Shown one piece after another: positions 1 through 12,899 of a DNA stretch of 64,000 nt. Origin of the DNA: Aplysia californica. Taxonomy: Eukaryota. A model generated the notes under the pieces. The model was not told the DNA's origin. It searched no databases and saw nothing but the letters and a program-made list of their open reading frames with translations. The stretch's first letter is position 1. The number at the start of each line of letters is the position of its first letter. Position numbers and translations under genes: made by a program. The stretch covers positions 2,010,327 to 2,074,326 of the forward strand of contig NW_004797284.1 in the NCBI RefSeq assembly GCF_000002075.1. Direction: 5' to 3'.

Positions 1-6
1 ATATAT

Positions 7-55
<49 letters not shown>

Positions 56-494
56 TAGATAGATATTTTTAGATTCCAAAGCACGCATGCGAACAAAGAC
101 GGCGCGGGAAACGAGCATAAAAAGAACACAATTTGTTGTTATGAAGAAAAAAGAAACAGAACGAAATGGTAAAGAAAAACATCTCAGTCACATCCTTTTA
201 TTTCACTCCATTCAAATTTTGTTAAATTAAATACTTGTCAGAAAGAAGCAGCACTAAAATTGGCAAATAGTGCAGTGATATAATAATAACGAGCCATATT
301 AAAGCTGGCAAGGAAGAAACTTTTTGGTGGTATTTCGGTAGGTACTTTCTGCATCAGGGGTTGGGTGGGGGGGCGTGTACTACAAAAGATTGCCAAAATC
401 AAACCAAACAGAACGAGAAAAGTGAGTAGTTGGATTGTCCCTTCACACACCAGCAGTCAGACAAAGAGTTGAGCAAAACTACAGCAGAGCAGAC

Positions 495-1156
495 TTATTG
501 GGCGCGTCCGCCGAACTTTTCCCGGAAGCTGAAGGAGAAAGTGAGCATGTCGTAATAAAACTGCTTGGGGTCTCCGGCCGGGTATTTCTTCACGGATTTC
601 TTGACCCCCTGGGACAGCACCTCGTAGTGGGAGCCCTCGTTCAGAGCTGGGTCCACGAGGAAAGACCACCCCTCTCTGGGCTCCCTCAGGCGGATCAGCT
701 CGTTTCCGAAGGCGAAAGACCCCAGGTGCAGCTCACAGGTGGCGCCGGAGTAGGATTTGACGCGCTTCAGGTCACAGTTGACGCTCAGGTGGACTCTGGA
801 CACGGACATCAGGTCACCCTGGGAGAAAGCGATGACCTCACGGTTGAGCACCTGCTCGGGTCCGGCGACGTTGAAGAATGCGGTGTCCGGAGACCAGATG
901 TCGGTCCCGCCCACGTAGGCGCCTGAGATGTTGAGGCGGGCCTCGTTGAAGGTCAGGTCGGCGTCATGCCAGGTCTCTCTCTTCCACAGGATCACGCTCA
1001 CGCGGTTGTTGGCTGTGTCCATGTCCACCACGTTGATGTGAGTCACACGCACGTCCAGGTCGAGTGGGGCGGACTTCCGGGGCTGAGGGAAGGCATCGGT
1101 GATCTTTTCTTTGTTGAAGTTGGTGTAGAACTTCTTGTAGCGGCTTGCCTCAGCGC
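495..1156 (-). CDS. Gene A exon 2: AChBP-like soluble Cys-loop ligand-binding domain, divergent class; CDS complement(join(495..1156,3310..3352)), 234 aa
   Basis: Open frame with FPQP..PLD, IWSPD, C-x12-C (CDLKRVKSYSGATC), LGSF, YEVLS, YYD; stops after FSFREKFGGRAQ with no TM helix; acceptor ccgacAG|GC at the same position and phase as in B-G. Confidence 0.92.
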
Positions 1157-1206
1157 CTGTCGGATTATACACAGATGATTATTAGGGTAAATTGAGTGTC
1201 CTAACA

Positions 1207-1358
1207 CGGGGTTCCCACTACGGACGGGATCGGTCGATCGGGCCGATCACCCGACTCGATCGCCCGACTCGATCGCCTAAAAAAACAAACGTGTTTGTTT
1301 TCAGTTTCAGGCGATCGAGTCGGGCAATCGGCCCGATCCAGCCGTAGTGGGCACCCTG
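1207..1358. mobile_element. Small palindromic MITE in intron of gene A
   Basis: Inverted ends ggg(t/g)tcccactacgg / ccgtagtgggcaccctg followed by TA; second copy at 7181-7319. Confidence 0.7.
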
Positions 1359-1362
1359 TATA

Positions 1363-1693
1363 AGAATTAAGTGGCAGGATAGAATAAAGAATAAAAAGCT
1401 GTGGGGAAAGGACAGAAGAAAAGGATACAGAAGTAGAAGTAGGACTAAAAAAGTGGCGATGGATGGGACACACTCTCAGAAAGCCTAGCGGAAACATCAC
1501 AAGGCAGGCTCTGCAGTGGAACCCACAGGGAGCACGCGGCAGGGGTAGGCCACAGGAAACATGGAGGAGATGTGTGGAAAGGGACATGAGAGAGATGAAG
1601 CTCATTTGGAACGAGCTTTGAAGGATGGCCCAGGACAGAGATAAATGGAAGGGGTTTGAATGTGGCCTATACCCTGCCAATGGTGAGAAGCAT

Positions 1694-1746
<53 letters not shown>
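1363..1746 (+). mobile_element. RTE-type LINE 3' fragment with (TGA)n tail
   Basis: Translates to KKWRWMGHTLRKP..ITRQALQWNPQGARGRGRPQETWRR..AQDRDKW, typical RTE C-terminus. Confidence 0.8.
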
Positions 1747-1747
<1 letters not shown>

Positions 1748-2359
1748 GGACGGTAAATTGTCCAAGAAGGTCTTCCATTGTCGAACTTAAAAGAGATTTT
1801 CTTTGACAAGTGGACTCGGTGTGCAGTCATAATAATAATATAAAATAAAAGCTAAGGAATTTGAGAAATGATTGTTTGTACAGGTGTTTGAATTGGAAAG
1901 ACGTTCGTAAAAACATGATATTAGTAGAACGAACTGAAAACGTGGTATTTTGGGTTTGAATCTTTTGTTTTGTTTTGTTTTTTGCTGTTTTTACCTTAGG
2001 TTTTTAAAAATGTATATCACACACCCAGGTTCAATAGATGGCAACAGCCTTGCATTGCAAGCCAGGATGGTGATTTTTTATTTGTGAATGCTGTTTTTGC
2101 TTCTGTCTTCGTCTTCGGTACTGCTAGAATTCAGAACCTTACTTGACATGGTGAAGATAATTTAGCATGAGATAATATACTGTGCTCCTTGTCCAAACAC
2201 CAGGCTCAAAGGACACATCTCGAGTAGGAACATAACAAACATCATCTATGGAACCCCACTAAGGCTCAAACCTCAAACATACGCGTGGAACATAAAGTTA
2301 ATGATTTAAATGTTCGATAGTGGATGGTACACATTGGTCAGAGAGCGGAAAAACAAAAC

Positions 2360-3305
2360 AACAACAACTGCTACTTCAGAAGAAGACATTTCATATTGTT
2401 GCCATATTAATTTTAAGTCATGATTAACAATTAGCAATAAGAAATGAAATATTTCATCTGCATGCTACAATTTAGTCACCAATAGCTACTTCTACTTGTA
2501 AGAATGAAGACATTTCAACTGAATTAAACATCTTACAATAGACTATTACTACACATTTATAAGGAGATTTTTCATCTGAATATTTCATATCGCCATTAAC
2601 AACTTCTACGAAGATAAAATATAATTTATGTCCCGGCTACAAGTCACCATAAACTACTGGTAAAAAGAAACAGAATATTTCATATGATTTCTGCTTGTCA
2701 CAATTAACAACTAGTCAGAAGAAATAAACTATTTTATCTGAATTCAGCATGCCACCGTTGATTGCCCAGAACTACCACTTTAGAATTGTTTCTTTTCTGT
2801 GGATACTGCAAACTGTCACCTTTACATACTCAGAACTACCACTTTAGAATAAACTATTTCGTGTGCATGGAATATGCCACGATTCACTACTAAGTATAAC
2901 CACTTTGAAATAGACTATTTCAAGTGCATGTTGCAAAATGTCACTCAATACTACCATTTTAAAAGAAACTATTTCGTGTGCATGAAACATTTCACCATAA
3001 TTTTCTACTAAGTACTACAACTAATAAAAAATAAAATATTTCATGTGCTTGAAACATGTCACCATTTACTACTCAATACTATCATATTAAAAAAACTATT
3101 TCACATACATGCTACATGCGAACATTAACTCATACACCAACTAAGAAATAAACTATTTAAAGTGCATGAAACATGTCGCCAAGTACTATTCAGTACTGCC
3201 ACTTCAGAATAGACTTTTCATTCTACATGTCAGCATTGACTCATGCAACTACTTAGAAATAAACCCGTTTCATGTGCATGCTGCATGCAAACATTAACTC
3301 ATACA
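2360..3305. repeat. Degenerate tandem satellite, about 60-65 bp unit, about 15 copies
   Basis: Recurring actac(c)actt..agaa..aactatttcatgtgcatg..acatgtcaccatt. Confidence 0.7.
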
Positions 3306-3309
3306 GCAC

Positions 3310-3352
3310 CTGCAAAGGCCAGCATGAAACAGAGGAGAGAGAACCACGCCAT
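3310..3352 (-). CDS. Gene A exon 1: signal peptide MAWFSLLCFMLAFA(G)
   Basis: 43-nt coding exon ending G|GTGCTG, same length and phase as exon 1 of B-G; hydrophobic; TATATAAA about 57 nt upstream. Confidence 0.85.
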
Positions 3353-3408
3353 GATCCCGAGTCGTTGTGAGTCAACTTTCAACAGCCTCTGAGACCTCCG
3401 CTTTCTCG

Positions 3409-3416
3409 TTTATATA
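3409..3416 (-). promoter_or_regulatory. TATA box of gene A
   Basis: TATATAAA on the minus strand at similar spacing to the ATG as in the paralogues. Confidence 0.7.
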
Positions 3417-4414
3417 GACCTCTTCTCTTTTCTTCTCTCTTTTTATTCTGCACCTCGTTCTCCTCTGGCGTGGAATATCGCGCAGATAAGGCAGTGGTCG
3501 CATGCGAATAACCTTTATGGAATCTGTGCTTTCATGTCATGTAGCACAATGATATGTAGGGCAGTATGATATTCTCTCTCCAGCAAGTCCGAGGCATGTT
3601 ATCTCGTTAGGCATAAGATAGTTCTCAAGGGAAAGAAAAGAAAAATATCTTAGAACGGTTTGGGTTTGGAACTCGGACTATCCGCACCACAGCCTAATAT
3701 GATACCAAGGAGGAGAATATTGCACCAAGTACTTCACTGACGCCAAAATAATAATAATGATAATTATAATAGTAATATTTTTTTAATAATAAAGAAAATA
3801 ATAATATAAAGATAAAGAAAAAGATAATAGCTGTTAATTCATTATTATTTCATTATCATTATTATTAGATTATTAATATCATTATTATTTTATTTTTTAA
3901 AATTATAATTTTAAAATTTTTTAAATTTTTTAAATTTATTTATCAATTATTATTATTTTTTTACTACTATTATTATTTTTATTATTATTATTATTTCTTT
4001 GGTACAGTGCTATGTCCACATGTTTGTTTTGAGAAAAATGGATGTTAAGGGCAAACTGCTGTAGCTATTTCTTGGACATATGCACATGAAAAATAGCCAT
4101 TGTGGCCAACGTTCATAGTGGATTGTTTTGATAAATACTGGCATACCGCAACATCGATTGGAGGCATCTGTTATGCTTTTTCATAATTTGGGCCAGAATG
4201 GATATTGTCTCCTCAAGCTTTCAACTCACGTCAAATAACAACAACAACAACAACAACAACGACGACAATAACGACAACAACAACAATAAGTAAATGAATA
4301 GCAACCTTTCCCACCAAAGATTAGTAGGTCAGGCATTATCTAGACGCAGGTGTCAACGTCTAGATCCACAAGTCGCATCAAGCACGACGAACAATTATAA
4401 ATATCTGATAGAAA

Positions 4415-4850
4415 TGTGAGGCAGCGTGGTGGAATCAGGCTCTCGTCAATTTGGGGGCATGTAGAGATATTGGTATCATCTTAAAGTTTGTTCACTTGTC
4501 TTTATTTGGATGAAAAATAAATCCTTTTATCTTGAATACAAGTCGAGATATTTGCAAAAGAAGGAGGTGGGGGTCACTTGTTTTCAGAGGTAACATTAGT
4601 GAGAAAATGGCCGCCAAAGATTAGTTATTTCCTTAGCTTAAGTGTCCGTGGTAACTGAAAATTTACATTTTTGCACCTTCAATCAACGATTTTATTAAAA
4701 ATCCACACAGAAATGAGTTCTTTAATGGGCAAGAAAGGTGTTGAGCCAAAAAACAAAAATTTGATAAAAATTCAGAAACCATCGGAAAAAAGCAAGTTTC
4801 TTCACTTTGATGATTTTGACGAGAGCCTGATTCCACCACGCTGCCTCACA
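4415..4850 (+). mobile_element. MITE family 1 (about 435 bp, TGT..ACA ends, 35-bp TIR)
   Basis: tgtgaggcagcgtggtggaatcaggctctcgtcaa ... ttgacgagagcctgattccaccacgctgcctcaca. Confidence 0.9.
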
Positions 4851-7180
4851 TATCAATGATTTATTGAGAAACTGTATTCCATAAAGCCTTACTCCAAACA
4901 CAAACAAACTTGTTGCCAAGAAAATTTTGTTCCAAACACACAGCTCAGATTACACTGAAGGTTCTATCTAGGCCGAATTGGATACACACATTGTATATTA
5001 TGCCACAAAAGGACTGAATTTACCGTAAAATGGGCTTTTGTCTGACACATTTGATCTAAATGAAAATATAATAGTGCAAAACTAAGTTTCAAGTTATGAG
5101 CACTGGAAAAGTTTAATATTTTTTCATTCTGTAGTTTCTGAGAGTATTGATAGTGTTCGCCAAATTTGGCCTAAGCTCCATTATTAGTAAGATACGCTGA
5201 AAAACGAGATATTTTTAAAACAATGATATGAATTAATTAAATGAGACAAACTTTAAAATTATGACAAACAAATGCAAACCACTGTTTGCTCTTATTCTAG
5301 TTTGTCAGAGCCCCCCCCCCCTTAGCGCTCCCCAGAGCAGTTGAGTTTGGCAACCATGATCTAGAAAATGGCGGCTTGTTCCGGCGGTAATTTTTTCCCG
5401 CCGTTATCTCCCCTGTCCAGGGTCCATGGACCATGAGCAAGTGTCACTTTACGACTGTCTCCACAGTTTTTGCTGTTTTTTTTCTTCTTATTTTGTTTTT
5501 CACCCTGGTGTGGATAACGACCTCGTACTTACAAAAAATTGCTCTACTTTTACCGATTGTCTCTAGGGATGTGTTACTCACTGTTTTGTTTGCGCGCGTG
5601 TGTGTGGGTCTATTTTTTAAAGCAGTTATTGTCATGTGGGGCAAATAGGCTCAATGTAAGGGTTGTGACTTCGAGCACAATTTGTTGTTTTCCATCTTTG
5701 CACTGCTCAGACGCTGTGTCCTCACAGTTTGGCATGATGCTGCTATCTGGCAAAATGTTACGAAAGACATAATTAACACATGTATCGCAAACAATGGGCG
5801 CAGTGTGATAATCTGTCTGTCAGCCTTGAGAAAAAACATGTGGGTTTGATTTCCTCTAGATGCGAGGTATTCACTTACAGAGACTGCAGCTCTCGTCTGG
5901 GATATGTATCACCACAGGATGCTCGTTGGGTCAGACAAATAAGGCAGAAAAGGATCACCACAGGCTGCAACTATTAGATCTACAATTGAATCAATTTAGT
6001 GGGCATTGAAAACGTGTTGAAATAGATTCGCCCCACCTTTTACCCCAAAAAAAGCAACAACGAAACAAAACTAAACAAAATAGAACAGAACAAAACAAAA
6101 CAAGAAAAGCAAAAAAAAAACAAAACAAAAAACCAAAACAGAACCCCAAAAAGTCAAATGCCTGAAATCGTCTGATGAGAGAAAATGGTATGTCCAAAGT
6201 AAATAAATGTCCAAGCTTTCAAGGAATGTATCTAGCAAACAGCAACATTCCATGTAATAATATGGGGCACCAAGGCCTTCTAAGTAAGATATAGAATTGT
6301 GTAACTTTTCTGAAAATGGCGCTTAGATCTAGATCTATATCTTTGCAGATTTACACTTGAAAAAACCCCCACCAACAATAAAACAACCCCGCACAAATAA
6401 AATAAAGGTATATTATTTCTTTGAGAGATTATGACGAATGAAACGAAAAAGCTAAACCTCTGACCCCGGTACTCGACCAGCAAACGGAACACCCCCACTG
6501 GAATATGTGAGTCGTACCAAACTGTTCTTCTGATCTCTCCACGACTTATTTCCTTCTAAGTTGGACGACCGGGGGTGGGGGAGGGGGGGCAAGGGAAAGA
6601 CGCCTGGTAGGATTTTTTACTTTTGACAAAATGTATAACAAAACAGCGACCAAAAGAAAAACAAAAACAAAAAATGTTTTTTAAAGGAAGTGAAAGTATG
6701 TCAGCCAACATGATATTTATTTTTACTTTGACAAAATGTACAACGAAACAGCGACCAAAGGAAAAAACACAACATTTAAAAAAACGATGTGAAAGTATGT
6801 CAGCCGACATGAGAAAGCACCAAAAAAACCCCGTAATTGGAGATGTTTATACGCCAGCATTGACCCAGCTTAGGAAATGGAGGAGGCGGGCTGTCCTGGC
6901 CTTGTCTGACAGGGCCACCAACCCAGGCTGAGACGGAGANNNNNNNNNNNNNNNNNNNNNNNNNNNNNNNNNNNNNNNNNNNNNNNNNNNNNNNNNNNNN
7001 NNNNNNNNNNNNNNNNNNNNNNNNNNNNNNNNNNNNNNNNNNNNNNNNNNNNNNNNNNNNNNNNNNNNNNNNNNNNNNNNNNNNNNNNNNNNNNNNNNNN
7101 NNNNNNNNNNNNNNGACACACGGGAAAAGAACTCATGTTGCTGGCATGACGCTGAAAAACGCCAAACCGTTAAACGTTCT

Positions 7181-7319
7181 AAGGGGTGCCCACTACGGCT
7201 GGATCGGGCCGATCGCCGGACTCGGTTGTGTGGAACTGAAAACAAACACGTCTGTTTTTGAGGTGACCGAGTTTGGCGATCGGCCCGATCCGCAGATCCC
7301 ATCCGTAGTGGGCACCTTG
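7181..7319. mobile_element. Small palindromic MITE, copy 2 (opposite orientation to 1207-1358)
   Basis: gggtgcccactacgg ... ccgtagtgggcacc. Confidence 0.7.
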
Positions 7320-8238
7320 TATTACACCACACATTTGGGAGGAGCAAGGACACAGTGGGCCAGCCATAGGACCAGAGCCTCACGTGGACATCTACTGNNN
7401 NNNNNNNNNNNNNNNNNNNNNNNNNNNNNNNNNNNNNNNNNNNNNNNNNNNNNNNNNNNNNNNNNNNNNNNNNNNNNNNNNNNNNNNNNNNNNNNNNNNN
7501 NNNNNNNNNNNNNNNNNNNNNNNNNNNNNNNNNNNNNNNNNNNNNNNNNNNNNNNNNNNNNNNNNNNNNNNNNNNNNNNNNNNNNNNNNNNNNNNNNNNN
7601 NNNNNNNNNNNNNNNNNNNNNNNNNNNNNNNNNNNNNNNNNNNNNNNNNNNNNNNNNNNNNNNNNNNNNNNNNNNNNNNNNNNNNNNNNNNNNNNNNNNN
7701 NNNNNNNNNNNNNNNNNNNNNNNNNNNNNNNNNNNNNNNNNNNNNNNNNNNNNNNNNNNNNNNNNNNNNGGGGAGAGGAGTAGGTCAAGAACAGCAGAAC
7801 AGAATAACAGCACGAAGCCTTGACCCAGATATAAAGGATAAAATCTCACAGCTGGATGCAGCTCTCCTGAAACTGAACACGTAGACAGACAGATAGGACA
7901 ATCGCCACTGGAGGCAGAAAGTAATTAGTATGACTATGACTATTTTCTCGAGTGTGTATTTCTATACATAGCTGAATATCTTTGTTTGCTTGAGTTAAGA
8001 GAAACTCATCAACATAATAATGGTCTTATTATCACTCTCGTCCAAAACCATGCATGTTAATGATGTAATTAATGATGTAATTTGGGAACATCAAGAAGTG
8101 TACTTTAGCTAAAGGACTGTGGGGATGTCATTTACACCTCAAGATAGATCTAGATGGCTGTCAGTCATGGGAACACTAATGGTCACTGGAGTGGGCGGAG
8201 CTTGCACTTTTCCACTCGCACTGAAAAGTCTCGCAATT

Positions 8239-8666
8239 TGTGTCACGCCGTGGTGGAATCAGGCTCTCGTCAATTTTTGGACATATGGGTATCACTTTAA
8301 GGCCTGTTCATTTGTCTTGCTTTTGCTAAAAAAATTCCCCATCTGTGTTGAAAAGAAATCGAAATATTTGCGATTGAAGGATGCCAAGATTAGGCTGGTT
8401 TCAGAGATAAAATAAGCGAGAAAATGGCCGTCAAAGTTAGGTAATTTCCATAGCTTGAGAGTCCTTAGAAACTGAAAATAAGAACATTTTGGTGCCTTTA
8501 TAATCAATGTTTTCCCCAGTAAAATCCACACAGCAATGTGTTTTTAAATGTAATAGATGTTTCTTTAAAAAAAAAAATTGAAAACAAAACTAACAACCAC
8601 CAAACGGCCATAAAAATTGCAATATCTTTGATTTGATTATTTTGACGAGCGCATGATTTCATCACC
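8239..8666 (+). mobile_element. Older diverged relative of MITE family 1
   Basis: gtggtggaatcaggctctcgtcaa left end, collinear interior, degenerate right TIR. Confidence 0.65.
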
Positions 8667-8775
8667 AAGGAATAACACAAAGAGACAGGTTGGGAGGACA
8701 GACAACAGGAAGGCATGGGGTACCATGGTCGTCAATGGCTGAATGCTCCCACGCCTGATACCCCGAAGAATAAAA

Positions 8776-9172
8776 TGTGAGGCAGCGTGGTGGAATCAGG
8801 CTCTCGTTAATTTTTGGTCATGTAGAGTTATTGGTATTATCTTAACGCTTGTTCACTTGTCTTTATTTGGATGGAAAAAATATCCATTTATCTTGAATAC
8901 AAGTTGAGATATTTGCCAAAAGAACGATGTTGGGGTCACTTGCTTTCAGAGGTAAAATTAGTGAGAAATTGGCAGCCAAAAATTAGTTATTTCCTTTGCT
9001 TAAGAGTCCGTGGTAACTGAAAATTTACATAAATGAGTTCTTTAATGGGAATGAAAGGTGTTGAGCTAAATAAAACAAAAATTCGATAAAAATTCACAAA
9101 CCTGCGGAAAAATGCAAGTTTCTCCACTTTGATTATTTTGACGGGAGCCTGATTCCACCATGCTGCCTCACA
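8776..9172 (+). mobile_element. MITE family 1
   Basis: Both TIRs present; small internal deletion. Confidence 0.9.
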
Positions 9173-9183
9173 AATAGACAGCT

Positions 9184-9489
9184 TTAGTATAGCGTAAATC
9201 CCACGTCAACATCAAGCTCTGTGCGCTCCACAATACTATTACCCCAGCAGACCTGGGAGCATTCTGAAACAACCTCAACTTCCTGGGAAGCACGCAGTTC
9301 AAGCGGCCATTTGTAGGCGCCAAAATACTGACAAATCTTTCGCTTTCTATTGCCGGCTACCCATTCCCGCCTGGGTGAAGTGAGGACAATTCGTGTAAAG
9401 TGCCTTTCCCAAGGGCACAATGTCGGGCCCACGGCTCGAACCTCCGAACCTCACGATTACGAGTCCGGTAGCCTAACCACGAGACCACC
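9184..9489 (-). mobile_element. tRNA-derived SINE family 1
   Basis: Homologous to 54508-54837 in reverse. Confidence 0.75.
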
Positions 9490-9608
9490 TACACCACCAC
9501 CACCACCACCACCATCACCACCACCACCACCACAACAACAACAACAACAACAACAACAACTCTTCGGGGCTCCGAACATTTCGAACGGATAGGCTACCAC
9601 ACACACAC

Positions 9609-9639
<31 letters not shown>

Positions 9640-9727
9640 CCTCACGATTACGAGTCCGGTAGCCTAACCACTAGACCACCTACACCACCACCACTACCAC
9701 CACCACCACCACCACCACAACAACAGC

Positions 9728-9774
<47 letters not shown>

Positions 9775-10805
9775 CCTCACGGTTATGAGTCCGGTAGCCT
9801 AACCACTAGACCACTGACGTCACAAGAAAAAGAAGATGACGTTGTCACTTGGAGACTGCCAGACAAACTGACGTCATGGGCCTGGCGGTGGCCACCGGCA
9901 TTGTTATACATTGTTCTGNNNNNNNNNNNNNNNNNNNNNNNNNNNNNNNNNNNNNNNNNNNNNNNNNNNNNNNNNNNNNNNNNNNNNNNNNNNNNNNNNN
10001 NNNNNNNNNNNNNNNNNNNNNNNNNNNNNNNNNNNNNNNNNNNNNNNNNNNNNNNNNNNNNNNNNNNNNNATTGCCCTTCTGCGATCAATAAAAATGTAA
10101 TTTAAAAAAATTACGAACGCTGTTTTGAGAGGACTCACAAGCACCATGCTGAACTTACTGAACTGTCTAAAAAACCGAAGCACAACCTCCAAGCACCAAT
10201 GGCCTACAACATCTGTCCTACTTGTTGCGTGGGTCTTGTCTCTGTGTTATCATGGCAGAGGTGTACATTACCTGGTTTGGCTCCCAACGACTTAGTTCTC
10301 GAAAACAAAACAAACAAAAAACAAAAACAAAAAACAGAAAGGAAAAACAAAAAGGACCAAAAAAACCCAACAACAACCGGCGAAAAAAAAAAAGACAAAC
10401 CAAATGACCGTTGGTAAGTAGATCACATCGGCACGTCGGTAGTTTGCTTGGAGCACACTGCTCTGTTCTTGTGTCTTTCTCAACTTTCTGGTTTTTGTTT
10501 TTTTCCTCTGCCGATACCCTATTTTTTTNNNNNNNNNNNNNNNNNNNNNNNNNNNNNNNNNNNNNNNNNNNNNNNNNNNNNNNNNNNNNNNNNNNNNNNN
10601 NNNNNNNNNNNNNNNNNNNNNNNNNNNNNNNNNNNNNNNNNNNNNNNNNNNNNNNNNNNNNNNNNNNNNNGTTGTAAGGACCCAAGGACACATATTAGAT
10701 TAATGTTGTTTATAGATGTTATCGCCGTGACGTGAAATAATTAATCTTTCATGCGTTGCCTTGTAGAAAGCTTCCATTACATTTCTGTAATTGTCCAAAG
10801 ACGTT

Positions 10806-11056
10806 CATTATCTCCAAAGAATAATAGCCTTTATAGTGATTTCTAAGAACATTATCTCCAAAGAATACTGTTTCTATAATAATTTCTAAGAACATTATGT
10901 CCAAAGAATATAGTTTCTATAATGATTTCTAAGAACATTATGTCCAAAGAATATAGTTTCCATAATGAACTCTAAGAACATTATCTCCAAAAAATAAAGT
11001 TTCTATAATGAACTCTAAGAACATTATCTCCAAAGAACATAATTTCTCTAATGATC
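10806..11056. repeat. Minisatellite, about 39-40 bp unit, about 6 copies
   Basis: ctaagaacattat(c/g)tccaaagaatatagtttctataatga repeated. Confidence 0.85.
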
Positions 11057-11280
11057 TGTAAGTATGCATGCCTTGGTAACCTCAACAATCTCGAAGTTTA
11101 TATCTTAAGCCGGAACTTCTAACAACAAAAAACCCTCCTTCGTTTTACTCATAATTTACTTTTCAGATGATTATTCCCACACCACTGGGCTAGTGAATTC
11201 CTTTTCTTAAAATAAAAATATTTCTCCCGTTTTTTTTGGGTGATTCCTGAGATTTATGAATCATCAGCAACTGTTATATA

Positions 11281-11616
11281 ATAACAATAATAATAATAAT
11301 GATAATAATAATTGCTCTATGCGCTTTACAACTATTATTACCCCTTACCCCCGCAGACCCTCTGAGAACACTCAGAAACATTTTCAGCTTCCGAGGAAGC
11401 ATACAGTGCAAGTTGCGGATTTCACGCGCTCAAACACTATCAAACTGACAAGATCTTTCACTGTCTATAGCTGGGTACCCATTCCCACCTGGGTGAAGTG
11501 AGGAAAATTTGTGCAAAGTGCCTTTCCCAAGGACACAACGTCGGGCCCCTGACGGGATTCGAACCCACGACCTTACGGTTGCCAGTCCGAGAGCTTAACC
11601 ACTAGGCCACCGACAC
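11281..11616 (-). mobile_element. tRNA-derived SINE family 1, full length
   Basis: A box TGGCCTAGTGG, B box GGTTCGAATCC, central gtgtccttgggaaaggcact..cacccaggtg..atgggtaccc, (TTA)n tail. Confidence 0.85.
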
Positions 11617-12171
11617 ACTGTGTGTGTGTTTGTGTAGTTAGTGTATACCGGTCATTAGGCGACCGGACACAACCCTGAGCCACACCTGTGTCTGCTTCAA
11701 TAAATTCTGACATGGTTTTTGTTGAGATTCTTAAACTGTGATCTGGCCGTGAGAGAATTCAATATTATGTATGCAGTAATAATATTATTTAATGTACATC
11801 AATTATACAATTTAACAACAGTACTATCAGCAGGTGTCGTTGGATGATGTTGAAGGCCGATTTAAAAAAAGAAAGATAAAAAATGCTTTAGCCGGATGCT
11901 GCAAGGTGTTTAACAAGGGTTTAAAAAAGCTTCCCCGTATCCTTCACTCCTCCCCTCCCACCTGTCCCATCCACTCATGTTATGTTCAGTAGTCTGTGAG
12001 GTATCAGTGATATAGTGATATAAATGTTCGTGTTGTGGCCTGTAGTGCCTCCTTTGCGGTTTACCAAATAGAAATCGGTATTAATTAATTTAGAGAAATT
12101 CCCAAAGTTTTTTCGATATTGGTTCGCTTTGAAACTGACAGCTGCTGTTTTCTGTCTGATGAGTGAAGATT

Positions 12172-12385
12172 CATCATCATTGCCTTTCTCACCCTGCACC
12201 AGGGTATAGACCACGGCCAAGCACTCTCCACTTTTCTTTATCCTGGGCTAGCTTCTTGATGTTATTCCATGTCTTCCCACTTTTCTGTACATCGATTTCT
12301 GTGATTCTTCTCCAGGTTCCACGAGGTCTTCCCCTTGATCTCTTACCCTGTGGGTTCCAATCCAAAACTTTCTTTGTTATTGAGT
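12172..12385 (-). mobile_element. RTE-type LINE 3' fragment
   Basis: ITKKVLDWNPQGKRSRGRPRGTWRR..LAQDKEKWR; (TGA)n tail; relatives at about 39170-39342 (+) and 47395-47565 (-). Confidence 0.8.
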
Positions 12386-12462
12386 GAAGATTGCTCGAAA
12401 CCAAAAATCCGAAGATACCATGTATTGTAGTCCTGCGTCATACCAACTGAGCTAGGGGCATA

Positions 12463-12899
12463 TGTGAGGCAGCGTGGTGGAATCAGGCTCTCGTCAATTT
12501 TTGGGCATGTAGAGTTATTGGTATTATCTTAAAGCGTGTTCACTTGTCTTTATTTGGATGGAAAAAAGATCCATTTATCTTGAATACAAGTCGAGATATT
12601 TGCGAAAGAAGGAGGTGTGGGTCACCTGTTTTCAAATGTAAAATAAGGGAGAAAATGGCCGCCAAAAATTAGTTATTTCCTTAGTTTAAGAGTCCGTGGT
12701 AACTGAAAATTTACATTTTTTGTGCCTGTAATCAATGTTTTTCAGAAAAAATCCACACAGAAATGAGTTGTTTAATTGGCATGAGAGGTGTTGAGCCAAA
12801 AAACAAAAATTTAAAAACAATTCACAAACTGCGTAAAAATGCAAGTTTCTTTACTTTGATTATTTTGACGAGAGCCTGATTCCACCACGCTGCCTCACA
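12463..12899 (+). mobile_element. MITE family 1
   Basis: Both TIRs intact. Confidence 0.9.

Noticed and set aside
435-926. Conserved antisense ORFs over every exon 2 (also 19002-19487, 24775-25461, 32984-33496, 45186-45905, 51993-52835, 62742-63272)
   Set aside because: Shadow frames expected from GC-rich codon usage in paralogous exons; starts and stops are inconsistent and there are no promoter or splice signals
1201-1830. 209-aa poly-His ORF
   Set aside because: Antisense read of an RTE fragment, its (TGA)n tail and a MITE
6847-7884. Long ORFs spanning N runs (and similar ones elsewhere)
   Set aside because: Artefacts of undetermined bases; the runs as given (under 400 bp) are too short to hide a full exon 2, though true gap sizes are unknown
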